Source: Lama glama
Lineage: Eukaryota
DNA: 64,000 nucleotides
Direction of reading: 5' to 3'
Assembly: GCA_028534125.1 (NCBI GenBank)
Contig: CM052816.1
Location: 66,094,001 to 66,158,000 of the forward strand
Part shown: piece after piece, positions 42,521 to 54,612 of the stretch
Numbering within the stretch: the first letter of the stretch is position 1
Layout: the number at the start of each line of letters is the position of its first letter
Program-made: the position numbers and the translations under genes
The notes under the pieces: model-generated
What the model was told of the DNA's origin: nothing
What the model saw: the letters and a program-made list of their open reading frames with translations, nothing else
Databases searched by the model: none

Positions 42521-43077
42521 ACACCCACTGTCTGTTCCAACAACGTGCCAGGGCGTCTGGGCAAGGCAAGGCATGCCTGGCATATTTGAAAGTTTGGGGC
42601 TTTGACCCCAAATTAACTGAGTGACTGTAGGTGTGTTAATCCCTGTATCCTACTTTTTTCACCTTAAATATGAGAATTATGGTATCAGAATCTATTCTAC
42701 ATTCTTTACTGTGTTACGAGAGCACATGAATTAATAAATGTTACTCTCGCAGTAAACTTTAGGCAATATATTTTCAACAGCAGCTTGTGAGCCATTAATG
42801 GATTGTAAAATTAAAAGATGATTGCAGTGAGCACTAAAAATTAAAAGGAACTAAAATGGAGCGGGAAACACTGCTATGTACCGCACAGAGTAAGGGTGAG
42901 TTTAGTCTTCTGAAATGACGTGTGCGCCCTTACAGGCATGTTTGTGTGCATGGCTAGCCTGGTAAAAGATGCCTTCTGCTTTAGGTCATGCACAAAAGGT
43001 TTATGAAGCATGGATTAGAAAACACTCAACACCTGAGATGGCTAGAAGACCCTGGGTCTCTCACCTACTCCCACCCC

Positions 43078-43560
43078 TGTCTAAGGAGCCAAATTTGGGC
43101 CCACTTGCCGCACACAGTAAAACCAATCTACTGACACCAGCTTGTGGTGACAGAGAGTGCAATGTTTATTGTAAGGCACCAGATCAGCAGCTAATTTTAA
43201 AAAACCCAGACCCTCCAGTGGGTTTCAGGGAGGCATTTTTAAAGGCCAGGTGAGGGAGGGGAGTGGCAGCATATGTGACCAGCTCATGCACAATTCTCTG
43301 ACTGGCTGATGGGGAGGGAACAGGGTGATGTCACACTGGTTAACATCATTCCTCAGGCTCCAGTAGATCTGGGGGTCATGTGCTCATGGTCATCACACAG
43401 TTATGTCTTCCGTTTGGTGGGGATGGAAGTATCTGTAAGACAACTCAGAAAATGTGCATCAGATACTGGTATGTAGGTGCTCTGGAGAGGAACTAAAGCA
43501 GGGGACCTAGCGGGGAGGGGTCTGTCCTAGGAAGGCCCCACAGGGTCCTGCTCGGTTACA
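43078..43560 (-). mobile_element. ERV1-class solo LTR (resembles artiodactyl MER41-type LTRs)
   Basis: Minus strand begins TGTAACCGAGCAGGACCCTGTGGGGCCTTCC and ends ...ACA, with AATAAA (plus-strand tttatt 43165-43170) near its 3' end; family name tentative. Confidence 0.75.
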
Positions 43561-46199
43561 AATTTACTTTCCTATCACAACTCCAGAATGATTTCTAAAG
43601 AGAAATAAAAATTGATCCAAAAGGGAGGCCTAATGAGAAACATAATAGGGAGTGAGTGATGGTTTTAGGGCAGTATGATGGGGCAGTGTTCCCCTTTCTC
43701 TGCTCGTATCTAGCTGCCTGCCTGCTCTAACAAGGTTACATATCAAGTCTGTGTAACAACATCAGATACATAAACAAGGCATGTAATTAAAGATACTGTT
43801 AATAGCTCTACACTGTCTTTCAAATCCTACTTCAGAGGTGAAAACTACAGCAAAGGAGAGTGGAGTGTGAGAGGAAAGTTGTGCCTAACGAGGGCTATAG
43901 AAAGATTCCGAAAATCGGTTTACCTTCTGAAAGGACATGCAGAGGAGGTGCCACTGGTGAAGATCAAAATGCAAAGCTAGACAAATCGGTTTGCCATCCA
44001 CATTCCTCAGAGATGATCATGAAAACTGAGAGTTCTGTAATATCTAGGAGTTGCTGTACTAAAAGAAAGTAAAGAATAAAGGGGAAGATGCTGACATTAA
44101 TGAGAAAAGAATCAGCAAAAGGGAAATTTTCAGTTAATCAACCCAGAATATATATAATTTTAATTGAAGCACAGCAGAGTATTTCTTGAGCATCTTTTGT
44201 GTCAGGGCCTTAAAGAAGTAGCCAGAGAGATTAGGAAGAGAGAAAAAGGAGCGCAGCGTACCCAGGAATCATGTCGGCTGGATAACTAGTTAGCATTTTA
44301 TACACGATAAATCTGGGCAGAAATGCAGAGAAACAACAGTGGGGTAATGGGATTTGCATTTGGTCATGGTCGGGGGTGTGGGGAAATGCAGTGATTCTAA
44401 AATGGAATCAGATGGGAGAGATGCGCCCCAAATCTGCTGTTAGGAGATTTACAAACAGATGGTTAATAACAAGCACACCTCAAAGCCAGTGGCAGAAAGT
44501 GACAACAGTGGTGACCTCAGAAAGTGACAAATGAACTGGGTCTCTTGAACAGTTAGGCAAGCTGTTTAGGTTTGGGGAAAGCACCAGAGAGATAGAAATG
44601 GAGGGATTCTCCTTTCCACCTTCCTGGGAGACTTCGCCTTGGGAGGGGTGGCATTACTGTTGCCTTTTTGGATGGAAAAAAACCAAAGGATCCTATTGGG
44701 TTGGAATGACTCTGAGCTTGTACCCAAATGTGGACAGCCCATTTGCAGTCAGCTTGCTTACCCGATAATTTCCCCTGGGGTTTGGCGCCCCAGCCCCCAG
44801 AACCTCTCTGACTCATTTGTCCATTAGCTCCAGTTCCTCCCAAATGCCAGCTGAAAGCATTTCTTTTTCTCTGTTACCCACACCCCTTAATTTGAGGCTT
44901 CATTGGCTTTTGCTTAGTATTAGTGATGGTTTCCTCGCTGGCAGTTGTGTGAGGTGTTTGGTGATGCTGTTTGGGGGAAGCTGGGGGAGTGAGGGGAGTG
45001 TTACCATCAGAACTCAGTGGCCTTTAAGTCTCGTTTAGTGCCAGTGCGCTGGGGGCGCACAGGGACTCGCGGACCGTTTTGTTTGTACATACTAGGAACG
45101 CCCTGAGAGACCCGCCCCAGTGCACCATTCACAATACAGCGTGCCTTTTAAATTGCTTTCCATTTGGTTTGAAAGAATAGATTCCCACACAGTTTTTCAA
45201 ATGCCTGGAAAACCCCTATCATTTTCCTGTCTTGACACCCTCTTCACACGCAGCCCACACAGTTCTCTGCTCTATGCGGGAGAGACAGGGATGGAGGGAG
45301 GGAGGGAGAGAGAGGTCACAGATGACGCTCTGTGCTCTCTGATGACCTTTCATTCTTAACCGTTCTGTATAAGGCATATTCCTTCTCTGGGCGGTGTGAA
45401 GAAATAGAGAGTGGGCAGAAGCTTTATTCTCCACTAGTGTCACCACCCACCTGGCCATATGACTGCATTACACAGTCGATTCCTTTTGTTTCCATGAAAC
45501 ACTTCTGACTATAAAAGGAATTGTGAAAGGAATACGTGCTCATTGTTGAAAACTTGGAGAGCACCAAACAGCATACAAGGGCAGAAAACAAGCCCAAAAT
45601 AAACCACTTGAAATACTCCCAGAGCCAACTACTCTTAACACTTCATGGTATTACAGATCAAGGGTTTATTTAATAATACATTGAATATTTATTGAGTGCT
45701 TACAATATGCCATGCATTACATCAGTTGCTTCAAATTTGGAGACGAACAAACAAGGTCCTTGCTTTTGGGAAAACATGCCAGTGTTAATGTCGACCCTGC
45801 CTGAGACGTGACTGACCTTCTGCCCCCTGCACCATGTGCTCTACAGTCACAAAAGGCGCACTTCCTAGGGTCTCTTGGCTGGGTTAGCTGATCCCTTTCC
45901 TGGCTTTACACAAGGTCCTTCTTGGCTTACCAGGCAAGATGGTGGGCACTTTGCTTTGAAGTAGGGAAGCTGTACACATGGGCTTGATGTGAAAATCTGT
46001 TCTGCTGAACATTCGACCCACACTGCTGCTTCTGGGGACTGACCAGGATATGTGGAGAAGCCCATGCTGACACAGAGGGGTTTCTGTTGCCTCTACTGGT
46101 TTTTCTTTTCAGCAAGTGAGCTACTGGACTGGTCTTTAGGTTACTGTAAGCACCTCGGCCATGTCTGCATGTCTCTTCCTCCATTGATTTGCTTATTCG

Positions 46200-47030
46200 T
46201 TTGTTTATTTATTCACTTCACAAACTTATTGAGTACCACTCACTGGCTAGACACCAGGATTGTGGCGATAAGAAACGGGAGAGACTGACTCTCTAGTCGA
46301 GGGGAGGTGCCCTCTAAACTCTGACCGTGCAGTGAGCAGAGTGCTCTGATGGGCCGATCGCAGAACCAAAGGCTGCTCACCCCACTTTACTGCAGTCTGG
46401 GGACAGGTAGGTTAAGGAAGTCTTTTCTGGAGAAGGGGAAGTCTGAGTTATACCTTGAAGTTTGAGCAGAAGAAGCAGATGAAGTTGGGGTAGCAATTCA
46501 AGAAGAAGGAGCATGTGCAGGTGCCAGTGAGCTTTAGAGAGGCCGGTGAGCTGGAGAGCGAGTCAGTCATTCACGGCGGCTGGCTCACTTTGCGGGAGTG
46601 TGTGGTGAGCGATGAAGATGGACGAGTGGCACTGATACCAGGCTCTGAAGGGCTTGCTTCTGCTGCACTTGAAGGTTTAGATTTTGTCCTGAAGCTATCA
46701 AATAGCTATCAAAAGTTTTGTTTTGTTTAGTTTTCTAAGCAGGGCCAGAATCTGTGCATAGTACAAAATGGACAAGGAAGAGAAAGTGTATGTAACAATC
46801 CAGGTGAGAGACAGAGGCCTAGCAGAGATGGAGAAAAGAGAAAAGAGTTGAGAGAGGTTAAGGAAGAAGAAGCAACAGAAGTTGATGGCCGGCTGGAGCT
46901 GGAGGGTGAGGGTCGGGGTGACTCCCTGGTTTCTGATTGGACACCCTGGTGGGTAGATATGCCCTCCACTGAGAGAGGTGGTACGGGAGCAGAGAAGGGT
47001 AGCTGGATTAATCCAGGGTTGGAGTTTTCC
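46200..47030 (-). mobile_element. LINE-2 3' portion
   Basis: ttattcacttcacaaacttattgagtacc...gactccctggtttctgattgg...ccactgaga. Confidence 0.7.
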
Positions 47031-48029
47031 TAGCAGAGGAATAAAAGGCCAAGACATGGAGAACATTGACTACTGTGCTGAGCAGCTTAGCAGTGAACCA
47101 TGATAGGGGCCAGAATCTTTAGCCCAGCGACTATTATATCATAAAGGCCCGCGGCCAACCCCAGGGGCCCTCAGTGGTAGCACATTCTTCCTTTTTCTGT
47201 TCCAGAAATGCAACCAGCTTTATTCCCTAGCTGATTTATTAGTTGGGGAAGCTCTTTTAAAAGATCTTCCTCTGTTAAGCTGCATGAAATTTTTTGGCAC
47301 TGACTTACATTAGCTGGCATCCTCCCCAGACTCTGTAAAGACAAAGTGCAGCTTCCTGGCCTCCTGATGTAAGTCGGGGCAGCCTTTGCTAAGGTGAAGG
47401 TGACTATTAGCAAATCCAGAGGGAGGGTGGCTTTTAAAGGAGAAAGTAAGAACTAAGCTGAAAATAGGAGGTATAGCAGGTGGAAAGCTCTTTGTTTAAA
47501 AGAAAAGAAAAGCTCTGTAAATTCCCACATGTCCTCTGAAGGGTCAGGTTTTATAGCATCAGGAGAGACCTTACAAGTTTCTCATTTAAATTTTCATCCA
47601 AATGTCAGCATCTTGAGTGGTGGCCTTTGGCTGCATAATCCAAATCCCCTCTTGTCCGCCCCCTCCTTCTCCTTAACTGCAGTAGAAGCAAAAACGGCAA
47701 CAGGAAAGGAACAGGGTCACCCTCTGATGGACACGTTCAGATCTGGGAACTGAAATATAGAGAGGGAGTGAGGGGCGTGTTGGTTCACCACTGGAGATGT
47801 TGGAGGCTGGGGACACTTGGCAGCCTGGAGACACAGGGAATGTCAGGGGCGTGACTGGCCTTGGGCGGGGGGGTGCACACTCATGTGGCAATTGGTCATG
47901 GGTGGCAGGCTCAGTGTAGAAGCTGGCATAAAATTCTTTAAGGTCTCAATGAATAAGGTGCTGAGGATATCTGCCTTGAAAGGTCATGTATAGAAGCGAC
48001 CAAAACCAACATGAACGAATGTTAAGTAT

Positions 48030-48640
48030 GTACCAGGAAGTAAGAAAAGGGTATGAAGAGGCAATTCACAGAAGGGAAAACCAAATGGCTAACAATTACA
48101 CACATGATATGAACAGTTACACACATACTAATAATCACAGAAGTGCAGCTAAAAATGAGTCCCTTGAGATTGGCAAAAAAAAAAAGGAAACTTAAATAAC
48201 AAAGCATTGGCAAGGATGCAGGGGAACAGGAGTCCTCAGGAGTTGCTAATGGAAGTGCAGGCTGTTGGAGCCGTTCTGGAAGGTGATGCGGCAGCACTTA
48301 GTGGAAACAAACACGAGAGCACTCCGTGGCCGCTCATTGTTCTTGTCTGCCTGTGCCCAGGAGAGATTCTGTCAAAGGTCCATGAGGACCGTCACCGGCA
48401 GTATTGTCCTGGTGGTGGGAAGTGGGAGGTTCGTGAGCTAGGTGTCTGTCACTGGGGGTGGGGCGGGTGTAGGAGCAGTCTGGTAGAGGTACACACTGCT
48501 CTCCTCTGCAGCACTTAGAAGCAAGAACTAGATGTGCTCTTGCAGCAGGGATAGATTTTTAAAAATAGTGCTGAGTGAGAAACCTAAGAAATGGAACAAT
48601 ACTGTATAAAATATGAAACACATGCAGGCATATTAAATGC
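48030..48640 (+). mobile_element. Ancient L1ME-type fragment
   Basis: gaggcaattcacagaagggaaaaccaaatggctaac...gcattggcaaggatgcagggg. Confidence 0.6.
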
Positions 48641-48667
48641 CCTACATACTTTGCAGAGATGCTGTAT

Positions 48668-49050
48668 TTATTTAGGAAATTGGATCAGTGGCTATAACAG
48701 AAGTACTCAAAATAATAATGGATTAAACTGGATAGATTTTTTTTCTCCTGTAAAAATTAGGTAGGCAATCCAGAGGGGTATCATGATTCAACAGCATGAG
48801 GGACCCAGCTGTTTCTGGCATTTTGCTTTACCACCTTCAACTCATGACTTTTATGTCAGGGTCCTATGTAGCTACGTGATCTCCTAGTGCACGATCAGAA
48901 TCTGCCCAGGGGAAAAAGGGAAGGGAAGGACATGTTTCTGCCCACAGGGCAACCTAGAAATTAACACTTCCCTTTTGCTCATATCCCACCGGCTAAAATT
49001 AAACAGTGTAGTCATGCCTAGCAGCCAGCTACAAAATCTGTTAGTGTGTA
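48668..49050 (-). mobile_element. Old MLT1-type MaLR LTR
   Basis: ggctataacagaa...aaaataataatggattaaac...gggacccagct...tagtcatg. Confidence 0.5.
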
Positions 49051-49254
49051 AGACAAGGAGCGGTGCTCACCGCAAACATGTTCATATGCAAGTAACACAC
49101 ACACATTAGGGCGAGGGCCTGAGGGGGAAGGAGTGGGGATCAGGATGGAAGGGGAAGAATGACATTGATACAAAATAAGAAAGAGTCCTTTTGAGATTTG
49201 TGATGATAGTGTTATCAAGAGAGAAACTGAAAAGAAAAGAAAGGAAAGAAGGAA

Positions 49255-49349
49255 GGGTGGGTGTAGCTCAGTTGTAAAGCACATGCTTAGCATGCAGAAG
49301 TCCTGGGTTCAATCCCCAGTACCTCCATTAAAAAAAAAAATGGAGGGAA
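49255..49349 (+). mobile_element. tRNA-derived SINE, Vic-1-like
   Basis: GTGTAGCTCAGTTGTAAAGC...GGGTTCAATCCCCAGTACCTCCATTAAAAAAAAAAA; TSD GAAAGAAGGAA at 49244-49254 and 49350-49360. Confidence 0.9.
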
Positions 49350-49836
49350 GAAAGAAGGAAAGAAAGATGGCAGAGGTTCCAATGACATGCGAGTTCTCAG
49401 GAGAGCAATGTGGGGAAGAACACATGTAGGTGAGTGTGAGCTGTGCCAGGACTGGAGGGAAATTTTCCCAGTGGTCTCCTGAAACCACCAAAAAGAAGTC
49501 GAGTTAGCCTCTGATGTCATAGGTCAGCTTGGTTACTGGTTTCCATCTGGTTCACTAAGCTGGTCACAGAGAAATTTCAACTAACTGCTCAAGTGCACAG
49601 TCAATTACATGGGAAGCTCAAGGGCAGGGTTTCAAGCTGTCATGCTCTGGGGAGGAAAGAAAGAGGAGGATGAAGCAGGCTTACCAGTCTGAAGACTCTG
49701 TTGGAAAATGTTGACTTGGGTTCAGGGTTTAGCAAGTCTCATGTGACTTGCACAAAAGAGAACAAAGTTTCAATTATGATTATGCTGTAGTTAATTCTGA
49801 GTATCTTTAACTTACTGGCTAACATACATGTATTGT

Positions 49837-50365
49837 GTGATATTTCTCTTTCTGGTTTACTTCACTTAGAATGACGATCTCTAGGTCCATCCATGTGGCT
49901 GCAAATGGCATTATTTTATTCTTTTTTATGGCTGAGTAGTATGGCATTGTATAAATACACCACAACTTATCCAGTCCTCTGTCGGTGGACATTTAGGTTG
50001 CTTCCATGTCTTGGCTATTGTATATAATGCTGCTATGAACATTGGGGTGCTTGTATCTTTTCAAGTTAGAGTTCCCTCCGGATATATACCCAGAAGTGGG
50101 ATTTCTGGATCATATGGTAATTTTATTTTTAGTTTTTTGAGGAATCTCCATACTGTTTTCCGTAGTGGCTGCACCAAACTGTATTCCCACCAGCAGTGTA
50201 GTAGGGTTCCCCTTTCTCCACAGCCTCTCCAGCATTTGTCATTTGTGGACTTTTGAATGATGGCCATTCTGACTGGTGTGAGGTGATACCTCATTATAGT
50301 TTGGGTTTGCATCTCTCTGACAATTAACAATATTGAGCATTTTTTCATGTGCCTGTTGGCCATTT
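49837..50365 (-). mobile_element. Relatively young LINE-1 ORF2 C-terminal fragment lacking a 3' tail
   Basis: ORF 50061-50363(-) RHMKKCS...[12 protein letters not shown]...[16 protein letters not shown]...[14 protein letters not shown] matches the ORF2p cysteine-rich domain. Confidence 0.92.
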
Positions 50366-50499
50366 ATACATGCATTATAGAAGTCAGTTACTTTGTAGTT
50401 AGTCAACTGCTGTCAGTATCCACGGTTGGATAGAAAGAAAATAGCGTAGAGGTGATATATAGATGCAAGCTCACATTCTTGCATTTGTACTTATAGATC

Positions 50500-50660
50500 T
50501 GCAGTCTTGGGACGGTCATTTAACCTTTCCAAGCCTCCCTTTCCAAGTTGGTAAAATGAACGTAATGGTAGTCACCTAGCAGAGTTCTTAGGATACTGTA
50601 GATAACACACATAAAGTGTCTGCAATGCCTGTAGCAGAGATGTCCGTCAAATGTTAACAT
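50500..50660 (+). mobile_element. MIR fragment
   Basis: cttgggacggtcatttaacctttccaagcct...gtaaaatg...taaagtg...aaatgttaac. Confidence 0.6.
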
Positions 50661-52864
50661 TATCCACAGAATATCAGGATAAGTCTTTCCCAATTTATCT
50701 TTAGTGGGTCACTTGGTTAATGAAGAAGTTTACTACAGTAAGTGCATGTATGCAGATGTAGAGAAAAAGCAAGAACATTAACACTGCTCAACATAGATTA
50801 TTTACGTATAAAATTCTCATCTTTATTGTTGTTAATCCTTCTGGACCTACAGGTCAGTCATTTTGCCCATTGTTGAAACAGTTGATTCTGGGACACGTCT
50901 CCCACAAAAAGCATGGTGGGGACACATGAGATCAAGTGACATGATGAGAGGGCTTTCTTTTGACCAGAAATTGGGCAGCATTCACATCTTTGGTTATGAC
51001 ATTAAAAAAGAAATGCCACGAAGAGCTTTTGAAACCGTTGAAGAGAGAACAGCCAATGGAACAAAGTCTTGAACTCGGAGAAATCTTAGCTGTCCATGAG
51101 AACAGCCCTGCTGTTTTCTGGGAACACACACAGAAGTAGGGCCACGTGCCAGGTCATTCAGAATCCGGCTTCACACTGAGGGGGAGCCAGAATGAAGCTT
51201 CACCTGGCTTAAGGACTGAATTAATCACCATGGAGCTCGGATTTCAAACACATTGGTGGAGAAATGAGCAATTTTCAGTGAATGACTTGCAGCATATACT
51301 TACATCCTAAACTGAAAGAAATCTAATAATAGCACAGAGACTCCCCCACTAGCTGGAGTTTTCATGAGATAATTACAGCCCTGGAGGCTTAAAGGTATCA
51401 TTTTCGTTTCTTGCTGTGGAAGCCTATGGAACTGATTGTCTGTCCGTTCCCACCCACTGCTAAGTCTCTGGCTCCCAGACTTAGCAGGAGAGAAGGGAGA
51501 ATATATTTGTGTATAAAATCATGCCTATGTTTTATCTGCTTGTTATCACATCCCTTGTATTTTTTAAGGATAAGATAATAATTATAAAAATCAGAGAATC
51601 CATTTTCAGACTTTAAACTGAACCTCATTCATTTTAGCCCAGTAAGTTTTGAAGAAATCACACACAAAGCCATACACATATACTCCTAAAGGACGAAATA
51701 TGTAATTATCATTTTCTCAAAAAAGAATCTTCATAGATTAATGGGATAAAAACTTCTCCAGCTCACTTCTAGGAAAAAGTTTACCTTTAGGTGAGTTTGT
51801 ACATGTATGCAATGAAAATTCAAGTAGATTACTTCTCTTTTTGCCTTTGCTTTTAATTGCAATATTCCTTTTATACAGTGTCTTCTTAACATCTACTTCT
51901 TGGTCTCTTTTATAGAATCTCTTCTTGGTTCTTTAATCCTTAATTATCCTATTTTATATAATGTTTAATTTTATGAGATACCTGGAATATTTCTGGAAAC
52001 CTAGATGTTTTCAGATCAGTTGAATAAACCCTCCTTTCCCTGAATGGAAGGAGATAAATTCCCTTAAATATTCCCTGGCCAGAGTCAGAATTCTGCCACA
52101 ATCTTTAGAACCTCTCTTGTTCTCTTTACATTAAAGTTGCTTCTTTCTCTGCAAGCTCCTTTGTCCCCTTAACCTTCACCATTCTGTCCCTGCTCAAGGA
52201 GTGGCTTTATCGTGTCTAGATTACACAGTCTGCACCCTGTCATCCTCTGCAACCAATTTTTCCCTCCATTTAATCCCCAAAGTGATGCCAAGTTAACCGC
52301 CTTTACAGACAGCTCAAGGTCTCCGTGGTCACTCTCTGCTGTGGCTGAAAGCATGACACTGTGTCCACTCAGCCCCAAACTTTAATCATGAGTGAGCGAC
52401 TGAGGCTCAAGCACCTTGTGACCAGCTCCCCAGACCCTTATGCCTAACCAGGGGACTAGGTTGTTATTTTCTGGAATAATCAAGACTTTTCCTTTTGAGA
52501 TCAAGTAGAGATGATTGAGTTTTTACTCCCAAGGATTGTTTTCCTGTCCCACAAGTCTGACTCACAGGGCAAAGGCTCCAGGAGTTAGCACATTTATTCT
52601 TGGACAAGGAGACAACCCCCGACACCTCTGGTCTGTTTGGCGCAAAAAAGGGATTACAGACTCCCCCGAGGACCGATGAAGGAGAAGCATCTTCAGCTAG
52701 AGCTGGGCAAGGGCATCTCCGTGCAGCCCACGCCCTGCGCCTGGGGCTCCTGACGGGAACTTCCCTGGGGTCTGCGCTAGCTTACCTCTGTACCCTGGCC
52801 AGCTCGGGTTGACAGTCCTCAAGCTGACCTGGTTTGCTGTGCTCCTTGCTGGGTTGTGGCTTCC

Positions 52865-53251
52865 AACAGCATGACTTTATTCTCTCAGGGTTCTGGAGTC
52901 TAGAAATCTGACATTCAGGCTCTCTGAGGCTTCAGAGGGGAATTTTTCCTTGATCTTTCTAGCTTCTGGCGGCTCTCAGCAGTCCTTGGCATTCCTTGGT
53001 TTGCAGACACATCACTCCAGGCTCTGCCTTTGCCCAGCCTGCAGCTATCTTCTCCCTGAATGTTTTTGTCGTTTGTCCCCTCTAAGGACACTGGTCATAT
53101 TAGGTTTAGTGTCCATCCTACTCCAAGACGACTTTATCTTAACTACTTACATCTGCAAAGATATATTTCCAAATAAAAGATCACATTCTGAAGAACTAGG
53201 GGTTAGGACTTTGGTGTATCTTTTCGGGGGGACATGACTCAACCTATAACA
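52865..53251 (-). mobile_element. MLT1B/C-like MaLR LTR
   Basis: tttattctctcagggttctggagtctagaaatc...tacatctgcaaaga...tatttccaaataa...ggggttaggact...caacctataaca. Confidence 0.82.
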
Positions 53252-54333
53252 TTTGCGATAAATTTGGCTTAATGCCTCCCAGATGCCTTTAGATCCTTGG
53301 GGAAAGCCCTTGTCCTTAAGGTACCTGCTGGGGTGGGATGGGGGATGTTGCGGGAAGCACACGCCCTCCCCTCCCAGCATCAGGAGGAAGAAATCCCCCA
53401 TTGCCCTTCTGAGTCCCTCCGTGTCTGTCTGCCGGTTGGCACACCCCATCGCCAGAGCCCTGACAGAGGTGCCATCTGCATTTGTGGAGCGAGCAGTCAG
53501 TTACATCTGCCCTGTGAAAATGCTCACAGATCTGGCAGGAACACGAATGACAGACATTTTCCACAAAAGTTTCTCTTCCTCAATCAAGCCAGGAACTATT
53601 TTCTAAAAGCACCACAGAGGCAGTGACTTCCCTGGTTATAAATCTCTGTAGGGAGTCAGATCCAGTGCCAACTTCCTCTACCCAGGTTTCCTCTGTTCGT
53701 CCCTCATAGAACTGGCCTTGAGGCAGGTGTCAAGGGAGAAGCTGGGAATGTGCTGGGGATACAATGCAAGGTCATCCTTGGGACATGGATGGAGTGGGGA
53801 GACAGTGGAGGGCACCGGGGAGGCTCAGGTCTGCCCTTGACTTCCTAATGAGGAGCTAGTGGGCTGACGGGTAGGCAGGCGAGAGTGTTGGCAGCTGCTA
53901 GAGCAGTTGGACTCCTGCCCAGTCCCCCAGCTGCCACTGCTCTGCTCCCTGGTGGCAGCTGCCTCGGGTACTCCTTTAACGTAGCAAGGACATGAGCACT
54001 GGTCTCCATGGGGCTGGCCCAGGACACAGCTATGAGAGGCACAGTGTGTCAGGAGGCCTGGCTCCCTTCTAGCCCCTCCACCCATTTCAGATCTCAGCCA
54101 ATTCAGCAAAAACCTTCCTCTTTCTTGGCTTTTTCCTGCTTTTGATGCTAAGATTCAGACAGACTCAAAGTCAACCTGGGCCTTTTCTCTCCATCCTTAA
54201 TGTCTCAAAAGAAATAAAAATCCAACAAGAAAGCCTCAAAAAACAGTCTTTCCTGAAATCTTAAATAAGGTGGCAAAATGGGTAACAGGAAATATTTGGT
54301 CATAAGATAATGAAATATCTAAAACTCAATCTT

Positions 54334-54612
54334 TTTTTAATTATAGTCAGCTACAATGTGTCAATTTCTGCTGTACAGCATAATGTTTCAGTTATACATA
54401 TACATACATATATTCCTTTTCATATTCTTTTTCATTATAGGTTACTACAAAATATTGAATACAGTTTCCTGTGCTATACAGAAGAAATCTCTTGTTTATC
54501 TATTTTATATATAGTAGTTAGTATCTGCAAATCCCAAACTCCCAATTTACCCCTTCCCGCCTCCCCGTAACCATAAGGTTGTTTATTAGGTCTGTGAGTC
54601 TGTTTCTTTCTG
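54334..54612 (-). mobile_element. 5'-truncated LINE-1 3' end
   Basis: Artiodactyl-type L1 3'UTR; TSD TAAAACTCAATCTT (54320-54333) / TAAAACCCAATCTT (54613-54626), followed by AA (endonuclease-type site). Confidence 0.9.

Noticed and set aside
49255..49330. Possible tRNA gene
   Set aside because: A-tail, TSD and lack of a proper acceptor stem indicate a SINE
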